Assembly: GCA_965206645.1 (NCBI GenBank)
Contig: CBDBKE010000004.1
Location: 672,001 to 736,000 of the forward strand
Source: Terriglobia bacterium
Lineage (GTDB): Bacteria > Acidobacteriota > Terriglobia > JAJPHL01 > JAPKYU01
DNA length: 64,000 nt
Direction: 5' to 3'
The stretch's first letter is position 1; each line of letters opens with the position of its first letter. Positions 9,927 through 20,138 of the stretch are shown here, piece by piece. The translations under genes were made by a program, and so were the position numbers. A model generated the notes under the pieces. That model was given only the letters and a program-made list of their open reading frames with translations. It made no database searches and was not told the origin of the DNA.

Positions 9927-12152
9927 ATGGCCGAAATCGCGCAAACCCCACCGGCAGCTCCACAGCGGGTCCGCATCGTGGTCGCCACCACGGTACTGCT
10001 CAGCTTCATCAGCTTCTGGCGCGCTGCCGCCATCGTCCTCAACGACCTGGGCTCGTCGGCCTTCTACGCCGCAGGCATCGCCGAGCAGGCTTACGGCAAA
10101 GCCGCCCCTTGGTTCATCTTGGCGGTGATGCTGTTCGCGAATGCCGTGCGCATGGTCTACATCGAGAGCTGCGGCATGTTCACCCGCGGCGGGGTCTATC
10201 GCGTGGTGAAGGAAGCGATGGGGGGAACGATGGCCCGGCTGGCCGTGGCCGCGTTGATGTTCGATTACATGCTCACCGGTCCCATCAGTTCCGTCGCCGC
10301 CGGTCACTATATGGTCGGGCTGATCAACGACTCGCTCGCCGTCGACCTACCCCGTGATGCCAGCTCCATGTTCTTTGCGGTACTGGTGATCCTGTACTTC
10401 TGGCGCAAGAACATCATCGGGCTGCGCGAGTCCAGTGAAAAAGCCCTGCGCATCATGTACGTGGTCACCGTACTGGTGGTGCTGGTGCTGGCATGGTGCG
10501 GCATCACGCTGCTTTTACGAGGCGGCCAGCTCGCCCCCTTTCCTAGCCTGGAAACCTTGCAGTTTAAAGAGACGGCGCTGGGTTGGTTGAAAGGGACACC
10601 CCTGACCAACATCCTGGCATTCGCTATGGTGATGGCCTTCGGCCATTCTGTTCTGGCCATGAGCGGGGAAGAGTCCCTGGCCCAGGTGAGCCGGGAAATC
10701 GAACATCCAAAGCTGAAAAACCTCAGGCGCGCCGGAATCCTGATCGGTGGCTTCACCTTGTGCTTCACGGCGTTGACCGCTTTCCTGGCGGTCGCCCTGA
10801 TCCCAGACGCGGAGCGGACGACCCGCTATGCCAACAACCTGATCAGCGGGCTGGCGATGAACGTCGTTGGGCCAGAACAGCTGCGACTGTTGTTTCAAGC
10901 CTTCGTCGTGGTGGTGGGCACTCTCATGTTGTCCGGGGCCGTGAACACGGCCTTGATCGGCTCCAACGGCGTGCTGAACCGCATGGCCGAAGACGGGGTG
11001 CTGACCGATTGGTTCCGCCGTCCCCATCCTCGTTTCGGCACCACCTACCGCATGATCAACATAGTGGTCCTGCTTCAGTTGTTTGCCGTTCTGGTCAGCC
11101 GCGGCAATGTCTACCTGCTGGGTGAAGCGTACGCTTTCGGAGTCATGTGGAGCTTCACGCTGATGACCATCTCCACCTTGGTGCTGCGCTTCAAGAAGCC
11201 CGGCCCGCGCGAGTGGCGCGTGCCGGGGAACTTCCGGGTGGGCCGTCACGAAATTCCGGTGGGAATCTGCCTGATCGCGCTGGTGCTGTTCTCGGTCGCC
11301 TTCACCAACCTGTTCACCAAGAAAGTAGCCACCGTTGCTGGCCTTTCCTTTACCGCTTTCCTGTTTATCGTCTTCAACGTTTCCGAGTACATCACCACCC
11401 GCCGCCGCGCTGCCCAAATCGGCATGGAGAAATTCAACCTGAGCGCCCAGGAGCAGGTGACCCGGGAGTTGGTGGGGTGCCGGCCAGGCAACATCCTGGT
11501 GGGTGTGCGCGATCAAAACACCCTGGAGCATTTGGACCACCTCCTTGAGCACACCAACACCGACGAACGCGATGTAGTCGTGATGACCACGCGGATGGTC
11601 AGCGGCGGCGACTTCGCCGAGCATCTGGCCGGTGACCAAAACACGTTCAGCCAATATGAGCAGATGCTCTTCAGCCGGGTTGTTAGCCACGCCGAAAAAA
11701 TGGGCAAGCCCGTCTTCTTGACGGTAGTGCCGGGAACCGATCCCTTCGAGGCAGTCATGCTGACCGCCCACCGCTTGCAGTCTTCTGCTGTGGTAGCAGG
11801 GACGTCCCACAAGCTGACTCCGCAGGAGCAGGCCCGCCGTACCGGCCTCGCCTGGGAAAAGCTGCCCCATCCCCGACCTCGCCTGTCCTTGCAAATCATC
11901 AAGCCCAGCGGTGACACCCGAAGCTTCCTGATGGGGCCCCACGCCCCCTCGCTGCGCCCGGAGGACGTGGAATTGCTGCACCGGCTGTGGCTGGAGCTGA
12001 CCGGGGACCCGAATCTGCGTGGTCTGCACCATGACCAGATCATCAGCGTGGCCCTGCGCCGACTTGCCGCTTCACTGCGCGCAGCCGACCGCGACGACAT
12101 CGTGGCCGAGCTCCGCCGTCTGGCGTCCGGGGAATTCCGTCCCCGGCGTTAG
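9927..12152 (+). CDS. APC-superfamily permease with cytoplasmic C-terminal domain (KimA/Rv2690c-like)
   Basis: About 12 TM segments; DLGSSAFY, GGVYRVV, DYMLTGPISS, SGEESLAQ, YAFGV; USP-like soluble tail. Confidence 0.85.
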   Translation: MAEIAQTPPAAPQRVRIVVATTVLLSFISFWRAAAIVLNDLGSSAFYAAGIAEQAYGKAAPWFILAVMLFANAVRMVYIESCGMFTRGGVYRVVKEAMGGTMARLAVAALMFDYMLTGPISSVAAGHYMVGLINDSLAVDLPRDASSMFFAVLVILYFWRKNIIGLRESSEKALRIMYVVTVLVVLVLAWCGITLLLRGGQLAPFPSLETLQFKETALGWLKGTPLTNILAFAMVMAFGHSVLAMSGEESLAQVSREIEHPKLKNLRRAGILIGGFTLCFTALTAFLAVALIPDAERTTRYANNLISGLAMNVVGPEQLRLLFQAFVVVVGTLMLSGAVNTALIGSNGVLNRMAEDGVLTDWFRRPHPRFGTTYRMINIVVLLQLFAVLVSRGNVYLLGEAYAFGVMWSFTLMTISTLVLRFKKPGPREWRVPGNFRVGRHEIPVGICLIALVLFSVAFTNLFTKKVATVAGLSFTAFLFIVFNVSEYITTRRRAAQIGMEKFNLSAQEQVTRELVGCRPGNILVGVRDQNTLEHLDHLLEHTNTDERDVVVMTTRMVSGGDFAEHLAGDQNTFSQYEQMLFSRVVSHAEKMGKPVFLTVVPGTDPFEAVMLTAHRLQSSAVVAGTSHKLTPQEQARRTGLAWEKLPHPRPRLSLQIIKPSGDTRSFLMGPHAPSLRPEDVELLHRLWLELTGDPNLRGLHHDQIISVALRRLAASLRAADRDDIVAELRRLASGEFRPRR

Positions 12153-12287
12153 GTTGCCGTTCCTCGACGAGTCTGACAGGAAGGGGCGGCCGGCCCGCCG
12201 GTTGGACCGCAGGCAGTTGGAGGCATAGTCGGAGGCACATTGGAAGCGCACATTGGAAGCAAAGATAGGTTCTGATAGGCTCGTGCC

Positions 12288-12986
12288 ATGAACAAACACG
12301 GCAAGACGCGGGCCGCGCTATGGGCCGGCTGCTGGTTCCTGGCCGTGGCAGCGCTAACCGGCTGCAAACAAGCACCGATTGAGCAGCCTGTTAAGCAGCC
12401 CCTGGTGGGACCACTGTTCGAAAACGAGCGCGTTCGGGTGATTGACGTCCTCTGGGAACCGGGTGCCGGGGTGGCTTCCAAGCAACTGGCAGAGGACAGC
12501 ACGATCGGCGTAGTCGGGGTTGTCGTCCAGGGTGGGACGATGGAACACGTTCAGGCCAGCGGAGAAAAGCAGCAGCAGGAGCGGCGGGCCGGTGACGTAC
12601 TTTGGCAGAGCGGCAGCGGCAGGGTTGAAGCGCGCCGGAACGTGGGTCAGACCGAGATTCGTGTCGTCCAGGCACTCCTGAAGAAAACCGAACCCACCGG
12701 CGCTTATCAGGGCCCCGTGGCGGGAGCAAAGAACGTCTACGAGAACCCGCATCTGGTGGCGTTTGACCAGACGTTCGCGCCTGGCAGCAAGTCCCCCATA
12801 CATTCATATGGCCCACGAGCTTGGGTGATCCTGGAGGGCGGCCATCTACGCTCGACCGACGACACGGGATACAGCGAAGAGATTTCCCTTCGACCGGCCC
12901 AGTGGGTGTGGCTCCCGGCTCAACAGCAGATCCTGGAGAACATCGGCTCAACCCCGGTGCGAGCCATCTCCCTGGAACTGAAATAG
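12288..12986 (+). CDS. Double-cupin lipoprotein
   Basis: Lipobox LTGC; two cupin-like repeats (LFENERVRV...NVG and VYENPHLVA...HSYGP...NIG). Confidence 0.7.
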   Translation: MNKHGKTRAALWAGCWFLAVAALTGCKQAPIEQPVKQPLVGPLFENERVRVIDVLWEPGAGVASKQLAEDSTIGVVGVVVQGGTMEHVQASGEKQQQERRAGDVLWQSGSGRVEARRNVGQTEIRVVQALLKKTEPTGAYQGPVAGAKNVYENPHLVAFDQTFAPGSKSPIHSYGPRAWVILEGGHLRSTDDTGYSEEISLRPAQWVWLPAQQQILENIGSTPVRAISLELK

Positions 12987-13055
12987 CAAGCCTTCGTGGA
13001 TTGACAGGCCGCAGCCTCCGATGTACGATCAACCCGAAAGAGCAAGGAGCGCCCT

Positions 13056-14000
13056 ATGAATCGCCGCCGATTTTTGCAATCCGCTGCAGCATTAGCCGCA
13101 GCACACCCGTTGCTGGAGGGCTACTCGCCACCGCGCAGCACAGGGACCGGCATTCCACTGCGCCCGCTGGGCAAAACGGGCGAAAAAGTATCCATGATCG
13201 GCCTGGGTGGCTCTGACCTTGGCAGGCCTCGCGAGGAGAAGGAAGCGCTGCGCATGATGGACTACGCCCTAGACTTGGGCGCCACCTTCTTCGATAACGC
13301 CTGGCTCTACGACGACGGCCTCTGTGAAGAACGCATGGGTAAAGCCCTGGCGGCTCCCAGCAAGCGACGGAAAGCTTTCGTGATGACCAAGGTTCATGCG
13401 CGCGACGCCGTCGGGGCCCAGAAGCAGCTGGAGGACAGCTTGGGCCGGCTGCGGACTGACGCGATTGACCTGTGGCAGTTCCACGATATTACCGACTTCA
13501 AGCAAATCGACACGATCTTCGGACCCGGTGGCGCCATGGAAGTGGCGGAGAAGGCCAGAAAAGAAGGGAAGATTCGCTACCTGGGCTTCACGGGCCACAC
13601 CGACCCGGCAGTGCACCTGGACATGCTGGAGCGCTACGACTGGGACGCGGTGATGATGAGCATGAACGTCGTCGACGCACACTGGCACAGCTTCCAGAAC
13701 CTGGTGCTGCCCAGGGTGGTGGAGAAAAACATGGGCGTGCTGGCGTTCAAAACGCTGTCGCGCGGGCGTGCCCTCATCCGCGCCCACACGCTCAGCGAGG
13801 CGCTACGCTACGTCTGGTCGCTTCCGGTGTCGGTGCTGATTTCGGGCATGGACCGTATGGAATTCCTGAAAACCAACCTGGACCTGGCCATGAAATTCGA
13901 GCCGATGCCGGCGGCCGAGAAGAAGGACTTGCTGGCCCGCACCAAGCCGTTCGCCGGTCCGGGAATTGAGTACTACAAGAAAGTGGTCAAGAGAGCGTAG
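13056..14000 (+). CDS. Aldo/keto reductase with Tat signal
   Basis: MNRRRFL twin-Arg motif; RPLGKTG, FDNAWLY, DLWQFH, GKIRYLGFTGH. Confidence 0.92.
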   Translation: MNRRRFLQSAAALAAAHPLLEGYSPPRSTGTGIPLRPLGKTGEKVSMIGLGGSDLGRPREEKEALRMMDYALDLGATFFDNAWLYDDGLCEERMGKALAAPSKRRKAFVMTKVHARDAVGAQKQLEDSLGRLRTDAIDLWQFHDITDFKQIDTIFGPGGAMEVAEKARKEGKIRYLGFTGHTDPAVHLDMLERYDWDAVMMSMNVVDAHWHSFQNLVLPRVVEKNMGVLAFKTLSRGRALIRAHTLSEALRYVWSLPVSVLISGMDRMEFLKTNLDLAMKFEPMPAAEKKDLLARTKPFAGPGIEYYKKVVKRA

Positions 14001-14141
14001 CCCACACCCGCACCTGAAAATCAGCCCCATCCTAGCTGGCCGCTCCCACTGCCGCCATATAGGGATTACACCAGCTGGAATCCACCAGGTACAGGAAGGA
14101 CAATCTGCGCTTGCCGGGTGCCACCGACGGGAACAGGTAGC

Positions 14142-14591
14142 ATGCGCGCCGTTATCCAGCGGGTTTCCCGGGCCCAGGTCAAGGTGAACGGGCAGATCAC
14201 CGGCCAAATCGGGCGCGGCCTGCTGGTGTTGCTGGGTGTGGGCAGCGCGGATGACGAGCAGGCGGCTCGCAACCTGGCGGAGAAGATCGCCCACCTGCGC
14301 GTCTTTGAGGACGACGAGGGCAAGATGAACCGCTCGCTGCTGGAGACGCGCGGAGCGGTTCTGGCTGTCTCGCAATTCACCCTCTACGGCGACTGCCGCA
14401 AGGGGCGGCGACCCAGCTTCGATCTCGCGGCACGGCCGGAGCAGGCGCGGTCTCTCTACGAGAAATTTGTTGAATTCCTCCAAGAACAAAGTGTGCCTGT
14501 CGAGCAGGGCGTCTTCCAGGCCATGATGGAGGTGGAATTGGTGAACGACGGCCCCGTCACCTTGCTTCTCGACACCGAACGCCAGTTCTGA
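14142..14591 (+). CDS. dtd: D-aminoacyl-tRNA deacylase
   Basis: [19 protein letters not shown]. True start is the ATG at 14142. Confidence 0.97.
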   Translation: MRAVIQRVSRAQVKVNGQITGQIGRGLLVLLGVGSADDEQAARNLAEKIAHLRVFEDDEGKMNRSLLETRGAVLAVSQFTLYGDCRKGRRPSFDLAARPEQARSLYEKFVEFLQEQSVPVEQGVFQAMMEVELVNDGPVTLLLDTERQF

Positions 14592-14697
14592 CCGCTGATC
14601 TCAGACCAGCATTCTCGCCTAAGAAGCACTGAGGACAACGAGCCCCGCTCTTGCTTTCTCTCTGTGCGTCTGACTCTCTGTGGAAAATCCGCAATTT

Positions 14698-16938
14698 CTA
14701 TCGGTCGTTCCAGCGGAAACGGACTCCTACCAACACCAACCGCGGAGCGGCGAGGGTTTCGAGCGGGGTGCGGGCCACAGGATAGCGGCGGTCGAAAAGA
14801 TTGCTGGCGCGCAGAAACCACTCCAGGTGATTCCCCAACGGCTGCGTCCAGGCCAGATCCGCTTGGGCGAAACCGGCCAGCGGCAGCTGGTTGCGGTCGT
14901 CGTCGAACTGGACTCCAGAGAGCCGTGTTTGCAGGTGCAAGATTCCGCCGCGCCAGATTGGCAGCTGCAGGCCGAGAAACCCTTGGTGCCGCGCCACCTG
15001 TGGGAGCCGCAGCCCTTCCAGGCCGGGGTCCGGAGCGAAGCGGCGGACGCGTGCATCGTCGAAGAGGTAGCTGAGGCGAAACTGGGCCTTGCGACGAAAG
15101 CGCCATTCCCAGTCGGCTTCCAGGCCCCGGATGCGCGTTCGGCCCACGTTCTGACGCTGCCTCAGGATGAGCTGCTCTATGGAAAGGGTGACGTTGGAAA
15201 CCGGATCGCGCAACTCGGTCCAAAACCCAGTAAGGCGCAGCAAGCTTGTGCCGAGCTGCACATCCGTTCCTGCTTCGGCACCGTTGGCGCGCTCCGGCCG
15301 GAGGCTGGAGTTCGCTAGCGTCAACACGTTGCCCACGCGAAACTGCCGGTAGAGTTCGTTCAGGGTGGGTCCGCGAAAGCCCCGATAGCCCTGGGCGCGC
15401 AGTGCGACTCGCGAGAGAACCTGGTAGCGCAGGCCCAGTTGAGGATTCAATACGGTAGCCGAATTGACGCGGCCGGTGGCGCGGTCCGTGCTGGACCAGC
15501 GATCAGCCCGCACGCTGGCTACCACCTGCCAGGCCGGTGCGGGCGTGAAGACATCCTGTACAAATAACCCGCCCGTCCATTGTCGCCCCCCACGGATTGC
15601 TTGTCTCCCGAACGATTGCTCGTGGCTCGCCCCCTCCACCCAGCGCAGATCCCCGCCCGCCGTCAGATGATGGTGTGCGAGCGGCCGCGACCAGTCCGCC
15701 CGCGCCATCACGGAATTGGAGGGGACTCGCTGGCTGAGGGTCAACGTCTCCTGGTTGCGGTCACCGCTGAGGCGCGAAAAGGTGCTGCGGAAGGTTTCCC
15801 CTTGCGCGAAAAGTCCAGCGCGCCACGTGCTGCCCCCACTCGTATGCCACTGCGCGCCCAACGAACCGTAGCGGAGATCGGTGGAGTTGGCGCGCAGGCG
15901 CGTTCCGTTTTCGCGGTCTTCGGTAAGCACACCAGCGGAAGCGAACGCCCGACCGCCCCGCGGTAACTCCCGCTCCAGGCGCAACCGCGCGGTCAGGTAG
16001 GCCAGGGCGAAGGGCGCATCGGCCGCACCTCTGTCCCGGCGCCTCACGGCATAGTAGCCGTCGTTGCGAAAGGCCTCTCCGTCCAGCGAAACGCCCCAGC
16101 GCTGGTTCGCGCTGCGCGTGCTGGCAAACCAGGAGGTGTCGAGCAGGCCTGTACTACCGCCCGCCAGCGAGGCGCGCACTGTGCGCCGCTGCGGGCGCTC
16201 AGAAAGGATGCTGGCCACACCCGCCAAGGCCGCATTCCCATAGAGGCTGGAGGCGGCCCCACGCAGCACTTCTGCGCTAGCCAGCGCCTCGCGCGGAACG
16301 CGATTCCAGTACACCCAGCCACCAAACAGGTCGTTGGCCGGGAAGCCGTCCACCAGCACCAGCGAGCGGCTGGTTCCACTAGGTCCTACCCCGCGCAAGG
16401 AAAGACCCTGGGCGGTCGGGTGCGCGGCCAGGCTGCTGGTACGCCGAAACAGGGAGAAGCCGGGGATCGCGCGCAGCACTTCGTCGAGGGTGACGCCGGG
16501 GGAGTTGCGCAGCCGCTCCCCATCCAACACGGCCACACTGGATGGCACGCCGGCGGCTTGCCGTGGGTCCAGCGTGGCCGTCACTGTGACGCTTTCTCGC
16601 CGTCCAGCCACCGCCAGCACCAACTCCACGCGGACTTCCCTGCCCGGAGGCACCTGGACCCTGCGCTCCGCGGCGGCGACGCTGTCGTGCTCCACGGCCA
16701 CGCGATAGAGCCCAGGGGCGAGTCCGAGGACCTCAAACCGGCCGCGCGCGTCGGTGCTGGTTTCTACAGCGCGCTGCCCGGAGGCGTTCGAGAGCCCGAC
16801 CTTGGCCCCAACCACTTTGGCCCCAACCACCGGGGTGCCGTCGGGGAAAAGCACGCGGCCGACAATGGCGCCCGTGGGTTCCTCGGGCGTCATCATAGTC
16901 GTGCAGGCCATCGCCAGCCATAACGCAGCCACAATCAC
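14698..16938 (-). CDS. TonB-dependent receptor with N-terminal carboxypeptidase-regulatory-like domain
   Basis: TDARGRF...PGLY N-domain, ESVTVTA TonB box, plug LRG...LVLVDG...EVLRGAASSLYG, barrel C-terminus GVRFRW. Confidence 0.93.
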   Translation of the reverse strand: MIVAALWLAMACTTMMTPEEPTGAIVGRVLFPDGTPVVGAKVVGAKVGLSNASGQRAVETSTDARGRFEVLGLAPGLYRVAVEHDSVAAAERRVQVPPGREVRVELVLAVAGRRESVTVTATLDPRQAAGVPSSVAVLDGERLRNSPGVTLDEVLRAIPGFSLFRRTSSLAAHPTAQGLSLRGVGPSGTSRSLVLVDGFPANDLFGGWVYWNRVPREALASAEVLRGAASSLYGNAALAGVASILSERPQRRTVRASLAGGSTGLLDTSWFASTRSANQRWGVSLDGEAFRNDGYYAVRRRDRGAADAPFALAYLTARLRLERELPRGGRAFASAGVLTEDRENGTRLRANSTDLRYGSLGAQWHTSGGSTWRAGLFAQGETFRSTFSRLSGDRNQETLTLSQRVPSNSVMARADWSRPLAHHHLTAGGDLRWVEGASHEQSFGRQAIRGGRQWTGGLFVQDVFTPAPAWQVVASVRADRWSSTDRATGRVNSATVLNPQLGLRYQVLSRVALRAQGYRGFRGPTLNELYRQFRVGNVLTLANSSLRPERANGAEAGTDVQLGTSLLRLTGFWTELRDPVSNVTLSIEQLILRQRQNVGRTRIRGLEADWEWRFRRKAQFRLSYLFDDARVRRFAPDPGLEGLRLPQVARHQGFLGLQLPIWRGGILHLQTRLSGVQFDDDRNQLPLAGFAQADLAWTQPLGNHLEWFLRASNLFDRRYPVARTPLETLAAPRLVLVGVRFRWNDR

Positions 16939-17130
16939 GCCGTTCTATCGTGGCACACGCGAACGGACACAGCAAGTCGCGCTTCCTAACTAGCAACGCG
17001 CTTCCCGGCTCGGACAAACAAGACCCCTGCCAAGGCCGACATGCCCGAATCCGGCAAGCCCAAATCGGACAAGCTAAAGATACCCGTGTCGGCAGGATGG
17101 TAGAATGCCTCCGACAGGAGCCCGCTGAAG

Positions 17131-18408
17131 ATGAACGTCCTGGTGCTGAATTGTGGCAGTTCGTCGGTGAAGTTCCAGGTGATCGAGACTAATAGCGACC
17201 GCATCGCCGCCCACACTGACCTGGTGCATCTGAGCGGCATGATCGAGAAAATCGGGACGGCGGAGGCTATCTTCACCCGCACTTTCGGCGAGCGCCCACC
17301 GAAGCGCAGCATGGAAGAGCTGCTGAATCATCATGCGGCCATCGGGCGCGTCGTCGGCCTGCTGGAACGGAGCCCAGAACCCAAGCCGGCAGAGGCCACC
17401 TCGGCGGCAGGCGCACCAGCTCAGGAGCGGCGCCGGCAAAACGTCACCGTCGAGGCCATCGGACACCGGGTGGTGCACGGGGGCGAGCACTTTACACAAT
17501 CCCACCTGATGGACGAGGAGGTGATCCGCGGCATTGAACGAGCGACTCCGCTTGCGCCCCTACACAATCCCCACAACCTGAAAGGCTACTCCGTCTGCCG
17601 CGACCTGTTCCCGGAACTGCCGCAGGTGGCCGTCTTTGACACCGCCTTTCACCACACCATGCCCCCACGTGCCTTTCTCTACGGGCTGCCCTACGACTAC
17701 TATCGGCGGCAGCGCATCCGGCGATACGGGTTTCACGGTACTTCGGTCCGCTACGTCTTGTCCCGCTACGGGCAACTGACGGGCGCGGCGCGCACGGTCT
17801 CCAACCTGATTGTCTGCCACCTGGGCAATGGCTGCTCGCTGACGGCGATCGAGAACGGCCAGTCGGTGGACACTTCGATGGGGTTCACTCCGCTGGAAGG
17901 CGTGATGATGGGCACGCGATCGGGTGACCTAGATCCGGCGATCCTGCTGCACCTGATGACCAAGGAGGAGCTGGCGCCGCACGAGGTAGCTACGCTGTTG
18001 AATCGCTGGAGCGGCCTCTATGGAATCAGCGGCAACTCCAACGACATGCGCACGGTGTTGAACTCGATGACCGCCGGGGATGAGCGCTCCAAGCTGGCCG
18101 TCGAGGTGTTCTGTTACCGCATCCGAAAGTACATCGGGGCATATTGGGCGGCGTTAGGACGCCTGGATGGACTGATCTTTACCGGAGGCATCGGACAGAA
18201 CGCCGCACTGGTTCGCCAGATGATTTGCGAGCGGCTGGATGTACTGGGCTGCCAGCTTGATGAAACCCGCAATTTGTCGCAGGCCGGGCGGGAAGGCCTG
18301 GTGTCACTGCCCAGTAGCCGCGTGGCCATCTGGGTCATCCCCACCGACGAAGAATTGCTCATTGCACGCGACACCTACCGGGTGGTTCAAGGACTGCCGT
18401 TCCCGTAA
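17131..18408 (+). CDS. ackA: Acetate kinase
   Basis: LVLNCGSSSVKF, GHRVVHGG, APLHNP, FDTAFH, GFHGTS, DTSMGFTPLEG, TDEE. Confidence 0.97.
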   Translation: MNVLVLNCGSSSVKFQVIETNSDRIAAHTDLVHLSGMIEKIGTAEAIFTRTFGERPPKRSMEELLNHHAAIGRVVGLLERSPEPKPAEATSAAGAPAQERRRQNVTVEAIGHRVVHGGEHFTQSHLMDEEVIRGIERATPLAPLHNPHNLKGYSVCRDLFPELPQVAVFDTAFHHTMPPRAFLYGLPYDYYRRQRIRRYGFHGTSVRYVLSRYGQLTGAARTVSNLIVCHLGNGCSLTAIENGQSVDTSMGFTPLEGVMMGTRSGDLDPAILLHLMTKEELAPHEVATLLNRWSGLYGISGNSNDMRTVLNSMTAGDERSKLAVEVFCYRIRKYIGAYWAALGRLDGLIFTGGIGQNAALVRQMICERLDVLGCQLDETRNLSQAGREGLVSLPSSRVAIWVIPTDEELLIARDTYRVVQGLPFP

Positions 18409-18434
18409 CCTACAGGGACAGGCCACAAACAAGT

Positions 18435-19520
18435 ATGAAGGTCGCCATCATTGGAGCCGGGATCATCGGCCTGACGCTGGCGCGCGGATTGCGGCGGCGC
18501 GGCGCCGATGTGGTGCTGGTGGAGCGGCAGGAACCCGCCAGCGAAGCCACCTGGGCAGCCGCCGGCATGCTAGCACCTTCAGCGGAAGCCGCCACTCCCG
18601 GAGACTTCTTCGAGTTGTGCCTGGAGGCGGCGACGCGCTACCCGGAGTCCATTCGCGAACTGGAGCAGGAAACGGGCCTGACCACTGGCTATCGTGCCGC
18701 AGGCGCGATGTTCTTGTACTACTCCGATGAGATACGCCAGGAGGTGGAACGGCACTTCTCCTGGCAGCGCGAACGAGGCGTCCCCATCGTGCATCTGGAC
18801 GCGCAGGAAGTCCGCGTGCTGGAGCCAGAGGTGCGCGCGCCGGGCGGCTACCTGCTGCCGGGCGAAAGCCAGGTCGACAGCCGGCGCCTGGCCGCTGCGC
18901 TGGTCGAGGCCTGTCGCCGCCGGGGCGTTGATATCCGTCAAGGCACGGCAGTCGAGGTGGCTGAGGAAAACGGGCGTGCCGCCGGTGTCTTGTTGGCCGA
19001 CGGGTCGCGCCTGGCCGCCGACGCCGTGGTGAACGCAGCCGGCGCCTGGGCTTCGACCATTGCGGCCGCCGGAGCTGAGAGGGCATCCATCCGTCCGGTG
19101 AAGGGGCAGATGCTCGCCGTGGCTATCCGGGGCTGGTCGTTGACCCATGTCCTGCACACTGTGGAGGTGTACGTGGTGCCCAAGGACGATGGGCGCCTGT
19201 TCATCGGCAGCACAATGGAAGAAGCTGGCTTTGACAAGACCGTGGACCCCGCCGCGATTGCCCGGCTCCGCGCTGCCGCTGAGCGGCTGGTGCCACGGTT
19301 AACAGAATCGCCCACGCTTGAAACCTGGACCGGCCTGCGCCCAGCCTCCCCGGATGGGCGTCCCCGGATTGGGCCCACCGCCCTGCCCGGTTACTTCCTC
19401 GCCGCTGGACACTTCCGCAACGGAATCCTGCTGGGGCTGCTGACGGCACAATTGCTTGCTCCCGTCATCCTGGGAACGTCACCAGAGCCGCTGCTAGCCC
19501 CGTTCCTGCCTGAGCGCTGA
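18435..19520 (+). CDS. thiO: Glycine oxidase (FAD-dependent)
   Basis: IIGAGIIG, ATWAAAGMLAP, PVKGQ, GHFRNGILL. Confidence 0.88.
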   Translation: MKVAIIGAGIIGLTLARGLRRRGADVVLVERQEPASEATWAAAGMLAPSAEAATPGDFFELCLEAATRYPESIRELEQETGLTTGYRAAGAMFLYYSDEIRQEVERHFSWQRERGVPIVHLDAQEVRVLEPEVRAPGGYLLPGESQVDSRRLAAALVEACRRRGVDIRQGTAVEVAEENGRAAGVLLADGSRLAADAVVNAAGAWASTIAAAGAERASIRPVKGQMLAVAIRGWSLTHVLHTVEVYVVPKDDGRLFIGSTMEEAGFDKTVDPAAIARLRAAAERLVPRLTESPTLETWTGLRPASPDGRPRIGPTALPGYFLAAGHFRNGILLGLLTAQLLAPVILGTSPEPLLAPFLPER

Positions 19521-19638
19521 TGCACTTGGCTCGTGCTGCCGGACGGGCTTGTGAAGCCACTCTGCGTGCGCGGCCCACAGGTTGCCGTCCGAGGGGTGGC
19601 AGCGGCCTGCCCCAGCCTGAGCCGGCATAGCTGCCAGT

Positions 19639-20109
19639 TTATTGGGTTGCAGTGGTCACAGGTAGCGGCTTGCCCGGCGCCAGTAACTGCTCCTTGCGGT
19701 AAATGAGAGAGGTGGTGTTGTAGCTGGCAATCTCGAAAGCGTGCCCGTGGGTGATGGCGTCGGTGGGGCAGGCTTCCACACAGTAACCGCAGAAGATGCA
19801 GCGGTTGTAATCAATGTTATAGACCGTGGCATGGCGCTCGCCGGCACTGATGCGTTGGGTTTCAGTGTTCTCGGCGGCCTCGATGTAGATGCAGTCGGAG
19901 GGACAGGCGGCGGCGCACAGGAAGCAGGCCACGCACTTTTCCAGCCCGTTCCCATCGCGCTGCAGCACGTGCACGCCGCGGAAGCGTGCTTCAAAGTGCG
20001 GCGGCTCGTCGGGATAATTCTCCGTTACGGCTGGCCGGAACAGGTGCTTGAAGGTCACCGCCATTCCCTTGGCCAGCGCTGACGCCGTCTTCCAAACTTC
20101 ACCAACCAT
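19639..20109 (-). CDS. nuoI: NADH-quinone oxidoreductase subunit I (outside a nuo operon)
   Basis: TENYP, RFRG, CVACFLCAAACP, CIFCGYCVEACP. Confidence 0.93.
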   Translation of the reverse strand: MVGEVWKTASALAKGMAVTFKHLFRPAVTENYPDEPPHFEARFRGVHVLQRDGNGLEKCVACFLCAAACPSDCIYIEAAENTETQRISAGERHATVYNIDYNRCIFCGYCVEACPTDAITHGHAFEIASYNTTSLIYRKEQLLAPGKPLPVTTATQ

Positions 20110-20138
20110 ACGCGCCTACTATAACACGGAGCGTTGGC

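Noticed and set aside
16940-17130. Riboswitch upstream of the TonB-dependent receptor
   Set aside because: No cobalamin or TPP consensus recognised; only degenerate short repeats and promoter-like hexamers.
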